64,000 nt of DNA from Escherichia coli (GCF_022846255.1 NZ_AP025682.1), one strand, 5' to 3'; positions 1 through 11,025 are shown, counted from the stretch's first letter. Notes: generated by a model not told the origin, from the letters alone. Numbers and translations are program-made.

Positions 1-811
1 CTACACCGCTGGCGAAGCGGACTGACTCCGCTAAATCCCCACCTGTGGCCAGCGCCACCGCCAAAGCGCCGTGAAAAACATCACCCGCTCCTGTGGTATC
101 TACCACATCAACTTTGAAGGCCGGTTGATGTTGACGCCCGCCATTTTCCAGCCAGTCGCAGCCTGCGCTGCCCTGGGTCACATAGACATGACCATTTGTG
201 AGCGTTTGTGCCTGTTTTAGGGCACTCGCCATCTCTTTCACGCCCGTTAAGCGCGCCAGACCCGGTTCTGAAAAAGCTGCATGATCGCTTAACGCCACCA
301 GTTCGCTGATATCCTGCGGCGTAATATCACCGTCCAGCACGGTCATTACGCCCGCCTGCCGCGCCAGAGTGAAGGCTTTTTTCGCGCCGTCGTGCCAGCG
401 TACATCTGCCAGCACCACGTCCCACTGAGAGAAATCAATTTCCTCCAACCACTCTGCATCAGGCAGTAGGTCTGGGCTGGGATAGTTAATGATGATGCGC
501 TCACCTTTGGCATCCACCATGATGGCGGATTGCGAAGATTTCGCCTGGTTATACCGTTTGGTGTAACGGGTGTTAACACCCCAGGATTCCAGCTCTGCCA
601 GCAGGCTGTTGCCCGTGTCGTCGTCACCGACGCGACCAATAAAATCGACCTGCGCACCTAGTCTGGCCGCCGCAACTGCTGCTGTAGCCGCTGGCCCGCC
701 GCCAACTTCCGTATAATTTTTCGCCACGTATTTACCGCTCTCCGTCGGCAATCCTTCCACGTAATAGATGCGATCCATCACGGTAATTCCTACACAAGCA
801 ACACGAATCAT
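1..811 (-). CDS. yihV: 6-deoxy-6-sulfofructose kinase (pfkB/ribokinase family); C-terminal ~28 aa lie beyond the window edge
   Basis: Minus-strand reading frame from ATG at 809-811 translates MIRVACVGITVMDRIYYVEGLPTESGKYVAK...TTGAGDVFHGALAVALA; no stop inside window; divergent from yihU. Not in the ORF track because it is unterminated. Confidence 0.85.
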   Translation of the reverse strand, partial: MIRVACVGITVMDRIYYVEGLPTESGKYVAKNYTEVGGGPAATAAVAAARLGAQVDFIGRVGDDDTGNSLLAELESWGVNTRYTKRYNQAKSSQSAIMVDAKGERIIINYPSPDLLPDAEWLEEIDFSQWDVVLADVRWHDGAKKAFTLARQAGVMTVLDGDITPQDISELVALSDHAAFSEPGLARLTGVKEMASALKQAQTLTNGHVYVTQGSAGCDWLENGGRQHQPAFKVDVVDTTGAGDVFHGALAVALATGGDLAESVRFASGV

Positions 812-978
812 GGTCATTCCTTAAGCATTTTGGGATGCGTTCATTTTAATTTCATCAATTGTTTAAAAAGTGACGGCTGTCAATTTTTTGACGATAAATT
901 ACAAATACGATCAAAAACAGACAAGCAAGGCATGTCATAAATGACAAAAAGTGACATCACTGTATTCAGGAGAGAGTT
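812..978. promoter_or_regulatory. Divergent yihV/yihU promoter region with repeated AAAAAGTGAC motifs and a TGACGGCTGTCA palindrome (candidate CsqR/YihW operator sites)
   Basis: AT-rich 167 bp intergenic region between divergent genes; two copies of AAAAAGTGAC (around 860 and 941) and palindrome at 864-875; RBS AGGAGAG upstream of yihU ATG. Confidence 0.4.
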
Positions 979-1875
979 ATGGCAGCAATCGCGTTTATCG
1001 GTTTAGGGCAAATGGGTTCGCCAATGGCGAGCAATTTATTGCAGCAAGGGCATCAACTTTGCGTCTTCGATGTGAATACCGAAGCCGTACAGCATCTGGT
1101 CGACAAAGGGGCGACTCCCGCTGCTAACCCAGCGCAGGCCGCTAAAGGTGCCGAATTTATCATTACCATGTTGCCGAATGGCGATCTGGTGCGTCACGTG
1201 TTGTTCGGTGAAAACGGTGTCTGTGAGAGCTTATCTTCCGATGCGCTGGTCATTGATATGTCGACCATCCACCCGCTGCAAACCGATAAATTGATTGCTG
1301 ATATGCAGGCCAGAGGCTTCAGCATGATGGATGTTCCGGTAGGCCGTACTTCCGCAAATGCCATTACCGGTACTCTGCTACTGCTGGCTGGCGGCACTGC
1401 TGAACAAGTTGAACGCGCCACGCCGATCCTGATGGCGATGGGCAGCGAGTTGATCAACGCGGGCGGTCCGGGCATGGGGATCCGCGTTAAGCTTATCAAC
1501 AACTACATGAGCATCGCGCTCAATGCGTTGTCGGCAGAAGCCGCCGTTTTGTGCGAAGCCCTCAATCTTCCCTTCGATGTTGCCGTCAAGGTAATGAGCG
1601 GTACTGCCGCCGGTAAAGGCCACTTCACCACTTCCTGGCCGAACAAAGTCCTCAGCGGAGATCTTTCTCCCGCCTTCATGATCGATCTTGCCCATAAGGA
1701 TCTTGGCATCGCCCTTGATGTCGCCAACCAGTTGCATGTGCCGATGCCACTGGGGGCCGCCTCACGGGAGGTTTATAGCCAGGCGCGCGCAGCGGGTCGC
1801 GGTCGCCAGGACTGGTCCGCCATTCTGGAGCAGGTCCGTGTCAGTGCCGGGATGACTGCCAAAGTAAAAATGTAA
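979..1875 (+). CDS. yihU: 3-sulfolactaldehyde reductase (beta-hydroxyacid dehydrogenase family)
   Basis: 298 aa ORF, N-terminal Rossmann motif [13 protein letters not shown]; matches remembered E. coli YihU. Confidence 0.9.
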   Translation: MAAIAFIGLGQMGSPMASNLLQQGHQLCVFDVNTEAVQHLVDKGATPAANPAQAAKGAEFIITMLPNGDLVRHVLFGENGVCESLSSDALVIDMSTIHPLQTDKLIADMQARGFSMMDVPVGRTSANAITGTLLLLAGGTAEQVERATPILMAMGSELINAGGPGMGIRVKLINNYMSIALNALSAEAAVLCEALNLPFDVAVKVMSGTAAGKGHFTTSWPNKVLSGDLSPAFMIDLAHKDLGIALDVANQLHVPMPLGAASREVYSQARAAGRGRQDWSAILEQVRVSAGMTAKVKM

Positions 1876-1898
1876 CGACTGGATAAAGGAATAAATGA

Positions 1899-2777
1899 AT
1901 GAATAAGTACACCATCAACGACATTACGCGTGCATCGGGCGGTTTTGCCATGCTGGCGGTCGATCAGCGCGAAGCCATGCGCATGATGTTTGCCGCGGCT
2001 GGCGCACCCGCTCCAGTAGCCGATAGCGTTTTAACTGATTTCAAAGTTAACGCCGCGAAGACTCTTTCACCTTATGCATCGGCGATTCTGGTAGATCAAC
2101 AATTCTGCTACCGCCAGGTGGTTGAGCAAAACGCGATTGCCAAAAGTTGCGCCATGATTGTCGCCGCCGATGAGTTCATTCCTGGCAACGGTATTCCGGT
2201 AGATAGCGTGGTCATTGACCGCAAAATCAATCCGCTACAAATCAAACAAGACGGTGGCAAAGCCTTAAAACTGCTGGTGCTGTGGCGTAGTGATGAAGAT
2301 GCGCAGCAACGCCTGGATATGGTGAAAGAGTTTAACGAAATGTGCCACTCACACGGTCTGGTAAGCATCATTGAGCCAGTCGTCCGCCCACCGCGTCGTG
2401 GCGATAAATTCGATCGCGAACAAGCAATCATCGATGCAGCCAAAGAGCTGGGCGACAGTGGCGCTGATCTCTACAAAGTTGAAATGCCGCTTTACGGTAA
2501 AGGTCCGCAACAAGAGCTTCTCAGTGCTTCACAACGTCTGAATGACCATATCAATATGCCGTGGGTGATCCTCTCTTCCGGTGTCGACGAAAAACTGTTC
2601 CCGCGTGCCGTACGCGTGGCAATGACAGCGGGTGCATCGGGCTTCCTGGCTGGTCGTGCCGTCTGGGCATCGGTCGTCGGTTTACCAGACAACGAGCTGA
2701 TGCTGCGTGACGTTTGCGCACCGAAATTACAACAACTTGGCGATATCGTCGACGAAATGATGGCTAAACGCCGTTAA
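1899..2777 (+). CDS. yihT: 6-deoxy-6-sulfofructose-1-phosphate aldolase
   Basis: 292 aa ORF 23 bp downstream of yihU; class I aldolase-like; synteny with sulfoglycolysis cluster. Confidence 0.9.
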   Translation: MNKYTINDITRASGGFAMLAVDQREAMRMMFAAAGAPAPVADSVLTDFKVNAAKTLSPYASAILVDQQFCYRQVVEQNAIAKSCAMIVAADEFIPGNGIPVDSVVIDRKINPLQIKQDGGKALKLLVLWRSDEDAQQRLDMVKEFNEMCHSHGLVSIIEPVVRPPRRGDKFDREQAIIDAAKELGDSGADLYKVEMPLYGKGPQQELLSASQRLNDHINMPWVILSSGVDEKLFPRAVRVAMTAGASGFLAGRAVWASVVGLPDNELMLRDVCAPKLQQLGDIVDEMMAKRR

Positions 2778-2792
2778 GATGGGGATACAAAA

Positions 2793-4034
2793 ATGAAATG
2801 GTTTAACACTTTAAGTCACAACCGTTGGCTGGAACAGGAAACCGATCGCATCTTTGATTTTGGTAAAAAATCCGTAGTACCGACCGGATTTGGCTGGTTA
2901 GGCAATAAAGGGCAAATCAAAGAAGAGATGGGCACCCATCTGTGGATCACAGCTCGTATGTTGCACGTTTATTCCGTTGCTGCGGCGATGGGCCGACCTG
3001 GCGCTTACTCGTTGGTTGATCACGGTATCAAAGCCATGAATGGCGCACTGCGCGATAAAAAATATGGCGGTTGGTATGCCTGCGTGAATGACGAGGGCGT
3101 GGTGGATGCCTCCAAACAGGGCTATCAACATTTCTTTGCTCTGCTGGGTGCTGCCAGCGCCGTCACTACCGGTCATCCGGAAGCGCGCAAGCTGCTCGAT
3201 TACACCATTGAAATTATCGAGAAATACTTCTGGAGCGAAGAAGAGCAGATGTGCCTGGAGTCCTGGGATGAAGCCTTCAGCAAAACCGAAGAGTATCGCG
3301 GCGGCAATGCCAATATGCACGCGGTGGAAGCCTTCCTGATTGTCTATGACGTCACCCATGACAAAAAATGGCTGGATCGCGCGATTCGCGTGGCTTCCGT
3401 GATTATCCACGACGTCGCCAGAAATAATCATTATCGCGTTAACGAACACTTCGATACCCAGTGGAATCCGCTGCCAGATTACAACAAAGATAACCCGGCG
3501 CACCGCTTCCGCGCGTTCGGAGGTACTCCGGGCCACTGGATCGAATGGGGCCGTTTAATGCTGCACATTCACGCGGCCCTGGAAGCCCGTTGCGAACAAC
3601 CGCCAGCATGGCTGCTAGAAGATGCCAAAGGTCTGTTTAACGCCACCGTGCGCGATGCCTGGGCACCCGATGGCGCGGACGGGATTGTTTATACCGTTGA
3701 CTGGGAAGGAAAACCGGTGGTCCGCGAACGTGTGCGTTGGCCTATCGTCGAAGCGATGGGTACGGCCTACGCGCTCTACACCGTCACTGGCGATCGCCAG
3801 TACGAAACTTGGTATCAGACATGGTGGGACTACTGCATCAAATACCTGATGGACTACGAAAATGGTTCATGGTGGCAGGAGCTGGATGCGGACAATAAGG
3901 TCACCACCAAAGTCTGGGACGGCAAACAGGATATTTATCATCTGCTGCATTGTCTGGTGATCCCACGTATCCCGTTAGCGCCAGGCCTGGCTCCGGCGGT
4001 TGCGGCGGGTCTGCTGGATATTAACGCGAAATAA
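2793..4034 (+). CDS. yihS: sulfoquinovose isomerase (AGE/N-acylglucosamine epimerase-like fold)
   Basis: 413 aa ORF; synteny yihT-yihS-yihR. Confidence 0.9.
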   Translation: MKWFNTLSHNRWLEQETDRIFDFGKKSVVPTGFGWLGNKGQIKEEMGTHLWITARMLHVYSVAAAMGRPGAYSLVDHGIKAMNGALRDKKYGGWYACVNDEGVVDASKQGYQHFFALLGAASAVTTGHPEARKLLDYTIEIIEKYFWSEEEQMCLESWDEAFSKTEEYRGGNANMHAVEAFLIVYDVTHDKKWLDRAIRVASVIIHDVARNNHYRVNEHFDTQWNPLPDYNKDNPAHRFRAFGGTPGHWIEWGRLMLHIHAALEARCEQPPAWLLEDAKGLFNATVRDAWAPDGADGIVYTVDWEGKPVVRERVRWPIVEAMGTAYALYTVTGDRQYETWYQTWWDYCIKYLMDYENGSWWQELDADNKVTTKVWDGKQDIYHLLHCLVIPRIPLAPGLAPAVAAGLLDINAK

Positions 4035-4100
4035 CTGACTAAAAAAACGACATATCAGGCTGCACGCCGGGTATGTCGTTATTCAATAAAGGTACCTCGT

Positions 4101-5003
4101 ATGCAAATCACCAACATGCATTGCAGTGGACAGACCGTTTCACTTGCCGCGGGGGATTATCACGCGACCATTGTGACCGTCGGTGCAGGTCTGGCTGAAT
4201 TAACCTTTCAGGGCTGTCATTTAGTTATTCCGCATAAACCCGAAGAGATGCCGCTGGCACATCTGGGCAAAGTCCTTATTCCGTGGCCAAACCGGATCGC
4301 CAACGGCTGTTATCGCTATCAGGGGCAGGAATATCAGTTACCCATTAATGAACATGGTTCAAAAGCCGCTATTCATGGGCTGCTCGCCTGGCGTGACTGG
4401 CAAATCAGCGAATTAAGCGCCACCAGCGTCACATTAACCGCCTTTCTGCCACCCAGTTACGGCTACCCGTTTATGCTGGCTTCGCAGGTGGTTTATTCGC
4501 TCAACGCCCGCACGGGTCTTTCCGTTGAGATCGCAAGCCAGAATATCGGCACTGTCGCAGCGCCTTACGGTGTGGGTATTCACCCTTATTTAACCTGCAA
4601 CTTAACATCTGTTGATGAATATCTGTTCCAGCTTCCGGCAAACCAAGTTTATGCCATCGATGAGCACGCTAATCCGACAACGCTTCACCACGTTGATGAG
4701 CTGGATTTAAATTTCACGCAGGCGAAAAAAATAGCCGCGACAAAAATCGACCACACCTTTAAAACCGCTAATGATTTGTGGGAAATGACTATTACCCATC
4801 CACAGCAGGCGCTTTCGGTGAGCCTCTGTTCCGATCAACCCTGGGTGCAGGTTTATAGCGGTGAAAAATTACAACGTCAGGGACTGGCAGTTGAACCAAT
4901 GAGTTGCCCGCCTAACGCCTTTAATTCAGGTATCGACTTATTATTACTGGAACCAGGGAAAACGCACCGCCTGTTTTTTAATATTCACGGGCAGCACAAT
5001 TAA
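4101..5003 (+). CDS. yihR: aldose 1-epimerase family protein (sulfoquinovose mutarotase)
   Basis: 300 aa ORF MQITNMHCSGQTVSLAAGDYHATIV...; RBS AAAGG upstream. Confidence 0.85.
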   Translation: MQITNMHCSGQTVSLAAGDYHATIVTVGAGLAELTFQGCHLVIPHKPEEMPLAHLGKVLIPWPNRIANGCYRYQGQEYQLPINEHGSKAAIHGLLAWRDWQISELSATSVTLTAFLPPSYGYPFMLASQVVYSLNARTGLSVEIASQNIGTVAAPYGVGIHPYLTCNLTSVDEYLFQLPANQVYAIDEHANPTTLHHVDELDLNFTQAKKIAATKIDHTFKTANDLWEMTITHPQQALSVSLCSDQPWVQVYSGEKLQRQGLAVEPMSCPPNAFNSGIDLLLLEPGKTHRLFFNIHGQHN

Positions 5004-5063
5004 TTTTATTAAGAAAAGAACGAGATCATTGTTTAGAGTTGTATTTACACAACAGGAAATATT

Positions 5064-5939
5064 ATGGACTTTTTTACGTTATTTTCACCGGATGGGGTCA
5101 TGCTGGAAACAAACGTGGTATGTATCGTTATCGCGTTAATGTTTCTTTATACCTTTGTGGGGATATGCGCGGGATTTGGCGGTGGTTTAACCACCATGCC
5201 GCTCGTCACGTTAATGCTCCCCGTAAAAATGGCAACTCCGCTCTCGGTGATTGTCGGCACCGCGACCGCCTTGTACGCCACCTGGCTGTCACGTAAAGAA
5301 ACGGATTGGCGATCGGCAATGGTACTGATTATTTTCTCGTTTCTGGGAATACCCGTCGGTTTATATGCGCTGTCGTATTTACCCGACCATTTTATGAAAG
5401 TGGGCTTAGGCGGATTCCTTATCCTGTACTCCTTTTACAGTATGTTTATTCCACGCCTGCCGATTTATGACCGTAGCTGGATCGCCGCACCTATCGGCGC
5501 CGTGGCAGGAGCGTTAGGGGCAGCATTTTCAACCAACGGACCGCCGATGGTTATCTACGGTATGCTGCGTAACTTAGGCCCGGCGGCATTTCGCGGCACT
5601 CTGAACGCTTTCTTCACCGCAAACAACATCGCGGTGATCGGCGGGCTGGCGACCAGCGGAATTTTGACTGTCTCTATCTTTAAACTGGTGCTGTTTTGTA
5701 TTCCCACCATGATCCTCGGTTCACTGGTTGGACAATATGTGCATAAACGCATTTCGGTCAAAGTGTTCCGTGTGATGGTCTTTTTATTGCTGATTGCCTC
5801 CGGTTCTATGTTGATAAAAGGCGCGCTGGGAATTCCCGCCGCTGCCGCACTTCTTCCTCCGTTTACCTTGTTAGTTATACTGCAACTGGCATTTGGTAAA
5901 AAAGTGGCGGCAATCCGTCGGGCGGAAGAAAGTAAATAA
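5064..5939 (+). CDS. TauE/SafE (TSUP) family integral membrane protein, putative sulfite/organosulfonate exporter
   Basis: 291 aa ORF, highly hydrophobic with ~8 predicted TM segments and two Gly-rich repeats (GFGGGLTTMP, GALGAAFSTNGPPM) typical of 4-toluene sulfonate uptake permease/TauE proteins; RBS AGGAAA 7 bp upstream of ATG; sits between yihR and yihQ. Confidence 0.7.
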   Translation: MDFFTLFSPDGVMLETNVVCIVIALMFLYTFVGICAGFGGGLTTMPLVTLMLPVKMATPLSVIVGTATALYATWLSRKETDWRSAMVLIIFSFLGIPVGLYALSYLPDHFMKVGLGGFLILYSFYSMFIPRLPIYDRSWIAAPIGAVAGALGAAFSTNGPPMVIYGMLRNLGPAAFRGTLNAFFTANNIAVIGGLATSGILTVSIFKLVLFCIPTMILGSLVGQYVHKRISVKVFRVMVFLLLIASGSMLIKGALGIPAAAALLPPFTLLVILQLAFGKKVAAIRRAEESK

Positions 5940-5945
5940 TCATTA

Positions 5946-5969
5946 TGCGGGTTTTAATTTATACCCGCA
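5946..5969 (+). terminator. Weak hairpin (7 bp stem TGCGGGT/ACCCGCA) just after the TauE-like gene
   Basis: Inverted repeat 5946-5952/5963-5969 read from sequence; no strong T-run follows, so may be an attenuator or mRNA-stability element rather than a terminator. Confidence 0.3.
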
Positions 5970-6044
5970 CACATTCTTTAATTAATGAAACCTGTAATAA
6001 CAGGATGGCATGAAATATTAGTTTTATATCTATGGAGATTATTT

Positions 6045-8081
6045 ATGGATACGCCACGCCCACAGCTATTAGATTTTCAATTTCATCAGAATAACGACAG
6101 TTTTACTCTACGTTTTCAAGACCGCCTTATTTTAATCCATAGCAAAGATAATCCTTGTTTATGGATTGGTTCAGGTATAGCGGATATCGATATGTTCCGC
6201 GGTAATTTCAGCATTAAAGATAAATTGCAGGAGAAAATTGCGCTTACCGACGCCATCGTCAGCCAGTCACCGGATGGCTGGTTAATCCATTTCAGCCGTG
6301 GTTCTGACATTAGCGCCACGCTGAATATCTCTGCCGACGATCATGGCCGTTTATTGCTGGAACTACAAAACGACAACCTTAACCACAACCGCATCTGGCT
6401 GCGCCTTGCCGCACAGCCGGAAGATCATATCTACGGCTGCGGCGAACAATTCTCCTACTTTGATCTGCGCAGCAAACCGTTCCCGCTGTGGACCAGTGAA
6501 CAAGGCGTTGGTCGCAACAAACAAACCTATGTCACCTGGCAGGCCGACTGCAAAGAGAATGCGGGAGGGGATTACTACTGGACCTTCTTTCCACAACCCA
6601 CGTTTGTTAGCACGCAGAAGTATTACTGCCATGTTGATAACAGTTGCTATATGAACTTCGACTTTAGCGCGCCGGAATACCATGAACTGGCGCTGTGGGA
6701 AGACAAAGCAACACTGCGTTTTGAATGTGCTGATACATACATCTCCCTGCTGGAAAAATTAACCGCGCTGCTGGGACGCCAGCCAGAACTGCCCGACTGG
6801 ATTTATGACGGAGTAACGCTCGGCATTCAGGGCGGCACTGAGGTGTGCCAGAAGAAACTGGACACCATGCGTAACGCGGGCGTGAAGGTCAACGGCATCT
6901 GGGCGCAGGATTGGTCCGGTATTCGTATGACCTCTTTTGGCAAACGCGTAATGTGGAACTGGAAGTGGAACAGCGAAAACTACCCGCAACTGGATTCACG
7001 TATCAAGCAGTGGAACAAAGAGGGCGTACAGTTCCTTGCCTATATCAACCCGTATGTTGCCAGCGATAAAGACCTCTGCGAAGAAGCGGCAAAGCGCGGC
7101 TATCTGGCAAAAGATGCCGCCGGCGGCGATTATCTGGTGGAGTTTGGCGAGTTCTACGGCGGCGTTGTCGATCTCACTAATCCGGAAGCCTACGCCTGGT
7201 TCAAGGAAGTGATCAAAAAGAACATGATTGAACTCGGCTGCGGCGGCTGGATGGCTGACTTCGGCGAGTATCTGCCCACCGACACTTACCTGCATAACGG
7301 CGTCAGCGCCGAAATTATGCATAACGCCTGGCCTGCGCTGTGGGCGAAATGTAACTACGAAGCCCTTGAAGAAACGGGCAAGCTCGGCGAGATCCTCTTC
7401 TTTATGCGCGCCGGTTCCACCGGTAGCCAAAAATATTCCACCATGATGTGGGCGGGCGACCAGAACGTTGACTGGAGTCTGGACGATGGACTGGCGTCTG
7501 TCGTCCCGGCGGCGCTGTCGCTGGCAATGACCGGACATGGCCTGCATCACAGTGATATTGGCGGTTACACCACCCTGTTTGAGATGAAGCGCAGCAAAGA
7601 GCTGCTGCTGCGCTGGTGCGATTTCAGCGCCTTCACGCCGATGATGCGCACCCATGAAGGTAACCGTCCAGGCGACAACTGGCAGTTTGATAGCGACGCG
7701 GAAACTATCGCCCATTTTGCCCGTATGACCACCGTCTTCACTACCCTGAAACCTTACCTGAAAGAGGCCGTCGCGCTGAATGCGAAGTCCGGCCTGCCGG
7801 TTATGCGCCCGCTGTTCCTGCATTACGAAGACGATGCACAGACCTACACCCTGAAATATCAGTACCTGTTAGGCCGCGACATTCTGGTCGCTCCGGTGCA
7901 TGAAGAAGGCCGTAGCGACTGGACGCTCTATCTGCCGGAGGATAACTGGGTCCACGCCTGGACGGGTGAAGCGTTCCGGGGCGGGGAAGTGACCGTTAAT
8001 GCGCCCATCGGTAAACCGCCGGTCTTTTATCGCGCCGATAGCGAATGGGCGGCACTGTTCGCGTCGTTAAAAAGCATCTAA
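6045..8081 (+). CDS. yihQ: sulfoquinovosidase (GH31 alpha-glucosidase family)
   Basis: ORF track starts at 5985; true start taken as ATG 6045 (MDTPRPQLLDFQFHQ...) with RBS GGAG upstream, giving 678 aa. Confidence 0.9.
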   Translation: MDTPRPQLLDFQFHQNNDSFTLRFQDRLILIHSKDNPCLWIGSGIADIDMFRGNFSIKDKLQEKIALTDAIVSQSPDGWLIHFSRGSDISATLNISADDHGRLLLELQNDNLNHNRIWLRLAAQPEDHIYGCGEQFSYFDLRSKPFPLWTSEQGVGRNKQTYVTWQADCKENAGGDYYWTFFPQPTFVSTQKYYCHVDNSCYMNFDFSAPEYHELALWEDKATLRFECADTYISLLEKLTALLGRQPELPDWIYDGVTLGIQGGTEVCQKKLDTMRNAGVKVNGIWAQDWSGIRMTSFGKRVMWNWKWNSENYPQLDSRIKQWNKEGVQFLAYINPYVASDKDLCEEAAKRGYLAKDAAGGDYLVEFGEFYGGVVDLTNPEAYAWFKEVIKKNMIELGCGGWMADFGEYLPTDTYLHNGVSAEIMHNAWPALWAKCNYEALEETGKLGEILFFMRAGSTGSQKYSTMMWAGDQNVDWSLDDGLASVVPAALSLAMTGHGLHHSDIGGYTTLFEMKRSKELLLRWCDFSAFTPMMRTHEGNRPGDNWQFDSDAETIAHFARMTTVFTTLKPYLKEAVALNAKSGLPVMRPLFLHYEDDAQTYTLKYQYLLGRDILVAPVHEEGRSDWTLYLPEDNWVHAWTGEAFRGGEVTVNAPIGKPPVFYRADSEWAALFASLKSI

Positions 8082-8126
8082 TCACATCCGCCCGTGGGGA
8101 AACTCACGGGCAAAGGGAGAACAACG

Positions 8127-9512
8127 ATGAGTCACATCACAACGGAAGATCCAGCAACTCTACGCCTGCCCTTTAAAGAGAAACTCTCTTACGGTATCGG
8201 CGATCTGGCCTCTAACATCCTACTGGATATCGGCACGCTTTATCTTTTGAAGTTTTATACCGATGTTCTGGGGCTGCCTGGCACCTATGGCGGCATTATC
8301 TTTTTGATTTCAAAATTCTTTACCGCCTTTACCGATATGGGTACCGGCATTATGTTGGATTCCCGACGCAAGATCGGTCCAAAAGGTAAGTTCCGTCCTT
8401 TTATTCTGTATGCGTCATTTCCGGTCACCCTGCTGGCGATCGCCAACTTTGTCGGCACACCGTTTGATGTCACCGGTAAAACGGTGATGGCCACCATCCT
8501 GTTTATGCTTTACGGACTGTTTTTCAGCATGATGAACTGCTCGTATGGCGCGATGGTCCCCGCTATTACTAAAAACCCCAACGAACGCGCCTCACTGGCG
8601 GCATGGCGTCAGGGTGGCGCTACATTGGGCCTGCTGCTTTGTACGGTGGGATTCGTGCCGGTTATGAATCTTATCGAGGGTAATCAGCAACTTGGCTATA
8701 TCTTCGCCGCCACGCTGTTTTCACTGTTCGGCCTGCTGTTTATGTGGATCTGCTATTCGGGCGTGAAAGAGCGTTATGTCGAAACCCAACCTACCAATCC
8801 GGCGCAAAAGCCTGGCTTGTTGCAATCTTTCCGCGCAATTGCGGGGAACCGCCCACTGTTCATTTTGTGCATTGCCAACCTCTGTACCTTAGGGGCGTTT
8901 AACGTCAAGCTCGCCATTCAGGTCTATTACACCCAGTACGTGCTTAACGATCCCATCCTGTTGTCATATATGGGATTTTTCAGCATGGGCTGTATTTTCA
9001 TCGGCGTGTTCCTGATGCCTGGTGCAGTCAGACGTTTTGGTAAGAAGAAGGTCTATATCGGCGGTCTGCTGATCTGGGTGCTGGGCGATCTGCTCAACTA
9101 TTTCTTCGGCGGCGGCTCGGTCAGCTTTGTGGCTTTCTCCTGCCTGGCGTTCTTTGGTTCGGCGTTTGTTAACAGCCTGAACTGGGCGCTGGTTTCTGAC
9201 ACCGTCGAGTACGGCGAGTGGCGCACCGGTGTGCGTTCAGAAGGTACGGTCTACACCGGTTTCACCTTCTTTCGCAAAGTATCTCAGGCGCTGGCAGGTT
9301 TCTTCCCAGGCTGGATGCTGACGCAAATTGGCTATGTGCCAAACGTCGCCCAGGCTGACCACACTATCGAAGGGTTGCGCCAACTGATCTTCATCTACCC
9401 AAGCGCACTGGCAGTAGTCACCATTGTGGCAATGGGTTGCTTCTACAGTCTGAACGAGAAGATGTACGTCCGCATTGTTGAAGAGATAGAAGCCCGTAAA
9501 CGCACGGCGTAA
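8127..9512 (+). CDS. yihP: GPH-family sugar:cation symporter (proposed DHPS exporter)
   Basis: Start at ATG 8127 (MSHITTEDPATLRL) after RBS AAGGGAGA; 12-TM melibiose-permease-like sequence; paralog of downstream yihO. Confidence 0.85.
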   Translation: MSHITTEDPATLRLPFKEKLSYGIGDLASNILLDIGTLYLLKFYTDVLGLPGTYGGIIFLISKFFTAFTDMGTGIMLDSRRKIGPKGKFRPFILYASFPVTLLAIANFVGTPFDVTGKTVMATILFMLYGLFFSMMNCSYGAMVPAITKNPNERASLAAWRQGGATLGLLLCTVGFVPVMNLIEGNQQLGYIFAATLFSLFGLLFMWICYSGVKERYVETQPTNPAQKPGLLQSFRAIAGNRPLFILCIANLCTLGAFNVKLAIQVYYTQYVLNDPILLSYMGFFSMGCIFIGVFLMPGAVRRFGKKKVYIGGLLIWVLGDLLNYFFGGGSVSFVAFSCLAFFGSAFVNSLNWALVSDTVEYGEWRTGVRSEGTVYTGFTFFRKVSQALAGFFPGWMLTQIGYVPNVAQADHTIEGLRQLIFIYPSALAVVTIVAMGCFYSLNEKMYVRIVEEIEARKRTA

Positions 9513-9554
9513 TTATAATAAACAACGCCCTGCGGGGCGTTATAAGGAGTGATT

Positions 9555-10958
9555 ATGTCTGACCATAATCCACTGACATTAAAACTGAATCTGCGGGAAA
9601 AAATCGCCTATGGTATGGGCGACGTCGGTTCGAATTTAATGCTTAGCATCGGCACTCTGTATCTCCTCAAATTTTATACCGATGAATTAGGGATGCCTGC
9701 TTACTATGGCGGGATTATCTTTCTGGTGGCGAAATTCTTTACCGCATTTACCGATATGCTCACCGGATTTTTACTCGACTCGCGGAAAAATATTGGACCT
9801 AAAGGAAAATTCAGGCCGTTTATTTTATACGCAGCGATTCCGGCGGCGTTAATTGCAACGCTCCAGTTTATCGCCACCACCTTTAGTTTGCCGGTTAAAA
9901 CGACGATTGCCACCGCACTGTTTATGATGTTTGGACTTTCATACAGTCTGATGAACTGCTCGTATGGCGCGATGATCCCGGCCATTACCAAAAACCCGAA
10001 TGAGCGCGCGCAACTCGCTGCTTACCGCCAGGGTGGTGCAACCATAGGGCTATTGATCTGTACCGTGGCGTTTATTCCTTTGCAGTCACTATTTTCTGAC
10101 TCCACCGTCGGCTACGCCTGCGCGGCACTGATGTTCTCCATTGGCGGCTTTATTTTTATGATGCTGTGCTACAGAGGTGTCAAAGAGCATTATGTGGACG
10201 CGACGCCAACCGGACATAAGGCCAGTATTCTCAAATCATTTTGCGCGATATTTCGTAATCCACCTTTGCTGGTATTGTGCATTGCTAACCTGTGTACCCT
10301 GGCGGCATTTAATATCAAACTGGCGATTCAGGTCTATTACACCCAGTATGTGCTGAATGATATTAACTTATTGTCGTGGATGGGATTCTTTAGTATGGGA
10401 TGCATTCTCATCGGCGTATTACTGGTGCCACTAACTGTAAAATGTTTTGGTAAAAAACAGGTTTATCTGGCTGGCATGGTGCTGTGGGCGGTGGGGGATA
10501 TCCTGAATTATTGCTGGGGCAGTAACTCATTCACTTTCGTCATGTTCTCTTGTGTCGCCTTTTTTGGCACGGCCTTTGTAAACAGCCTGAACTGGGCACT
10601 GGTACCAGATACCGTAGATTATGGTGAATGGAAAACAGGTATACGTGCCGAAGGTTCTGTTTATACCGGTTATACCTTCTTTCGTAAAATTTCAGCCGCA
10701 CTTGCTGGCTTCTTGCCCGGCATTATGCTGACGCAAATCGGTTATATTCCCAACATCGCGCAAAGCGATGCAACATTACAGGGTTTGCGTCAGCTCATTT
10801 TTATCTGGCCTTGTGCGCTGGCAATTATTGCTGCATTGACGATGGGGTTCTTTTACACGCTCAATGAGAAACGGTTTGCACTGATTATTGAGGAAATTAA
10901 CCAACGCAAAAATAAAGAAATCGAGACAGAAGAAAAAACGGCTTCCGTAACGTTATAA
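9555..10958 (+). CDS. yihO: GPH-family sulfoquinovose importer
   Basis: Start ATG 9555 (MSDHNPLTLKL) after RBS AAGGAGTG; 467 aa; strong similarity to yihP product. Confidence 0.85.
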   Translation: MSDHNPLTLKLNLREKIAYGMGDVGSNLMLSIGTLYLLKFYTDELGMPAYYGGIIFLVAKFFTAFTDMLTGFLLDSRKNIGPKGKFRPFILYAAIPAALIATLQFIATTFSLPVKTTIATALFMMFGLSYSLMNCSYGAMIPAITKNPNERAQLAAYRQGGATIGLLICTVAFIPLQSLFSDSTVGYACAALMFSIGGFIFMMLCYRGVKEHYVDATPTGHKASILKSFCAIFRNPPLLVLCIANLCTLAAFNIKLAIQVYYTQYVLNDINLLSWMGFFSMGCILIGVLLVPLTVKCFGKKQVYLAGMVLWAVGDILNYCWGSNSFTFVMFSCVAFFGTAFVNSLNWALVPDTVDYGEWKTGIRAEGSVYTGYTFFRKISAALAGFLPGIMLTQIGYIPNIAQSDATLQGLRQLIFIWPCALAIIAALTMGFFYTLNEKRFALIIEEINQRKNKEIETEEKTASVTL

Positions 10959-11025
10959 ATGTCAATAGCCGCTATTTCCATCCTGATGGGTGGCGGCCTC
11001 CCTACGTTTAAAAAATGGACTTATT

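Noticed and set aside
346-657. 103 aa minus-strand ORF
   Set aside because: Out-of-frame with the real yihV coding sequence, which occupies the same strand in another frame and is absent from the track only because it has no stop inside the window.
5985-6044. Extended N-termini in the ORF track for yihQ, and likewise for yihP, yihO, glnG, fadB, yihI, fre, tatA, ubiJ, yihD, yihF and yihG
   Set aside because: In each case an internal ATG with a Shine-Dalgarno sequence gives the N-terminus I recall for the E. coli protein; the upstream extensions are read-through of intergenic sequence.
6996-7823. 275 aa minus-strand ORF
   Set aside because: Antisense inside yihQ; no start context; Arg/Gly-rich composition typical of shadow ORFs.
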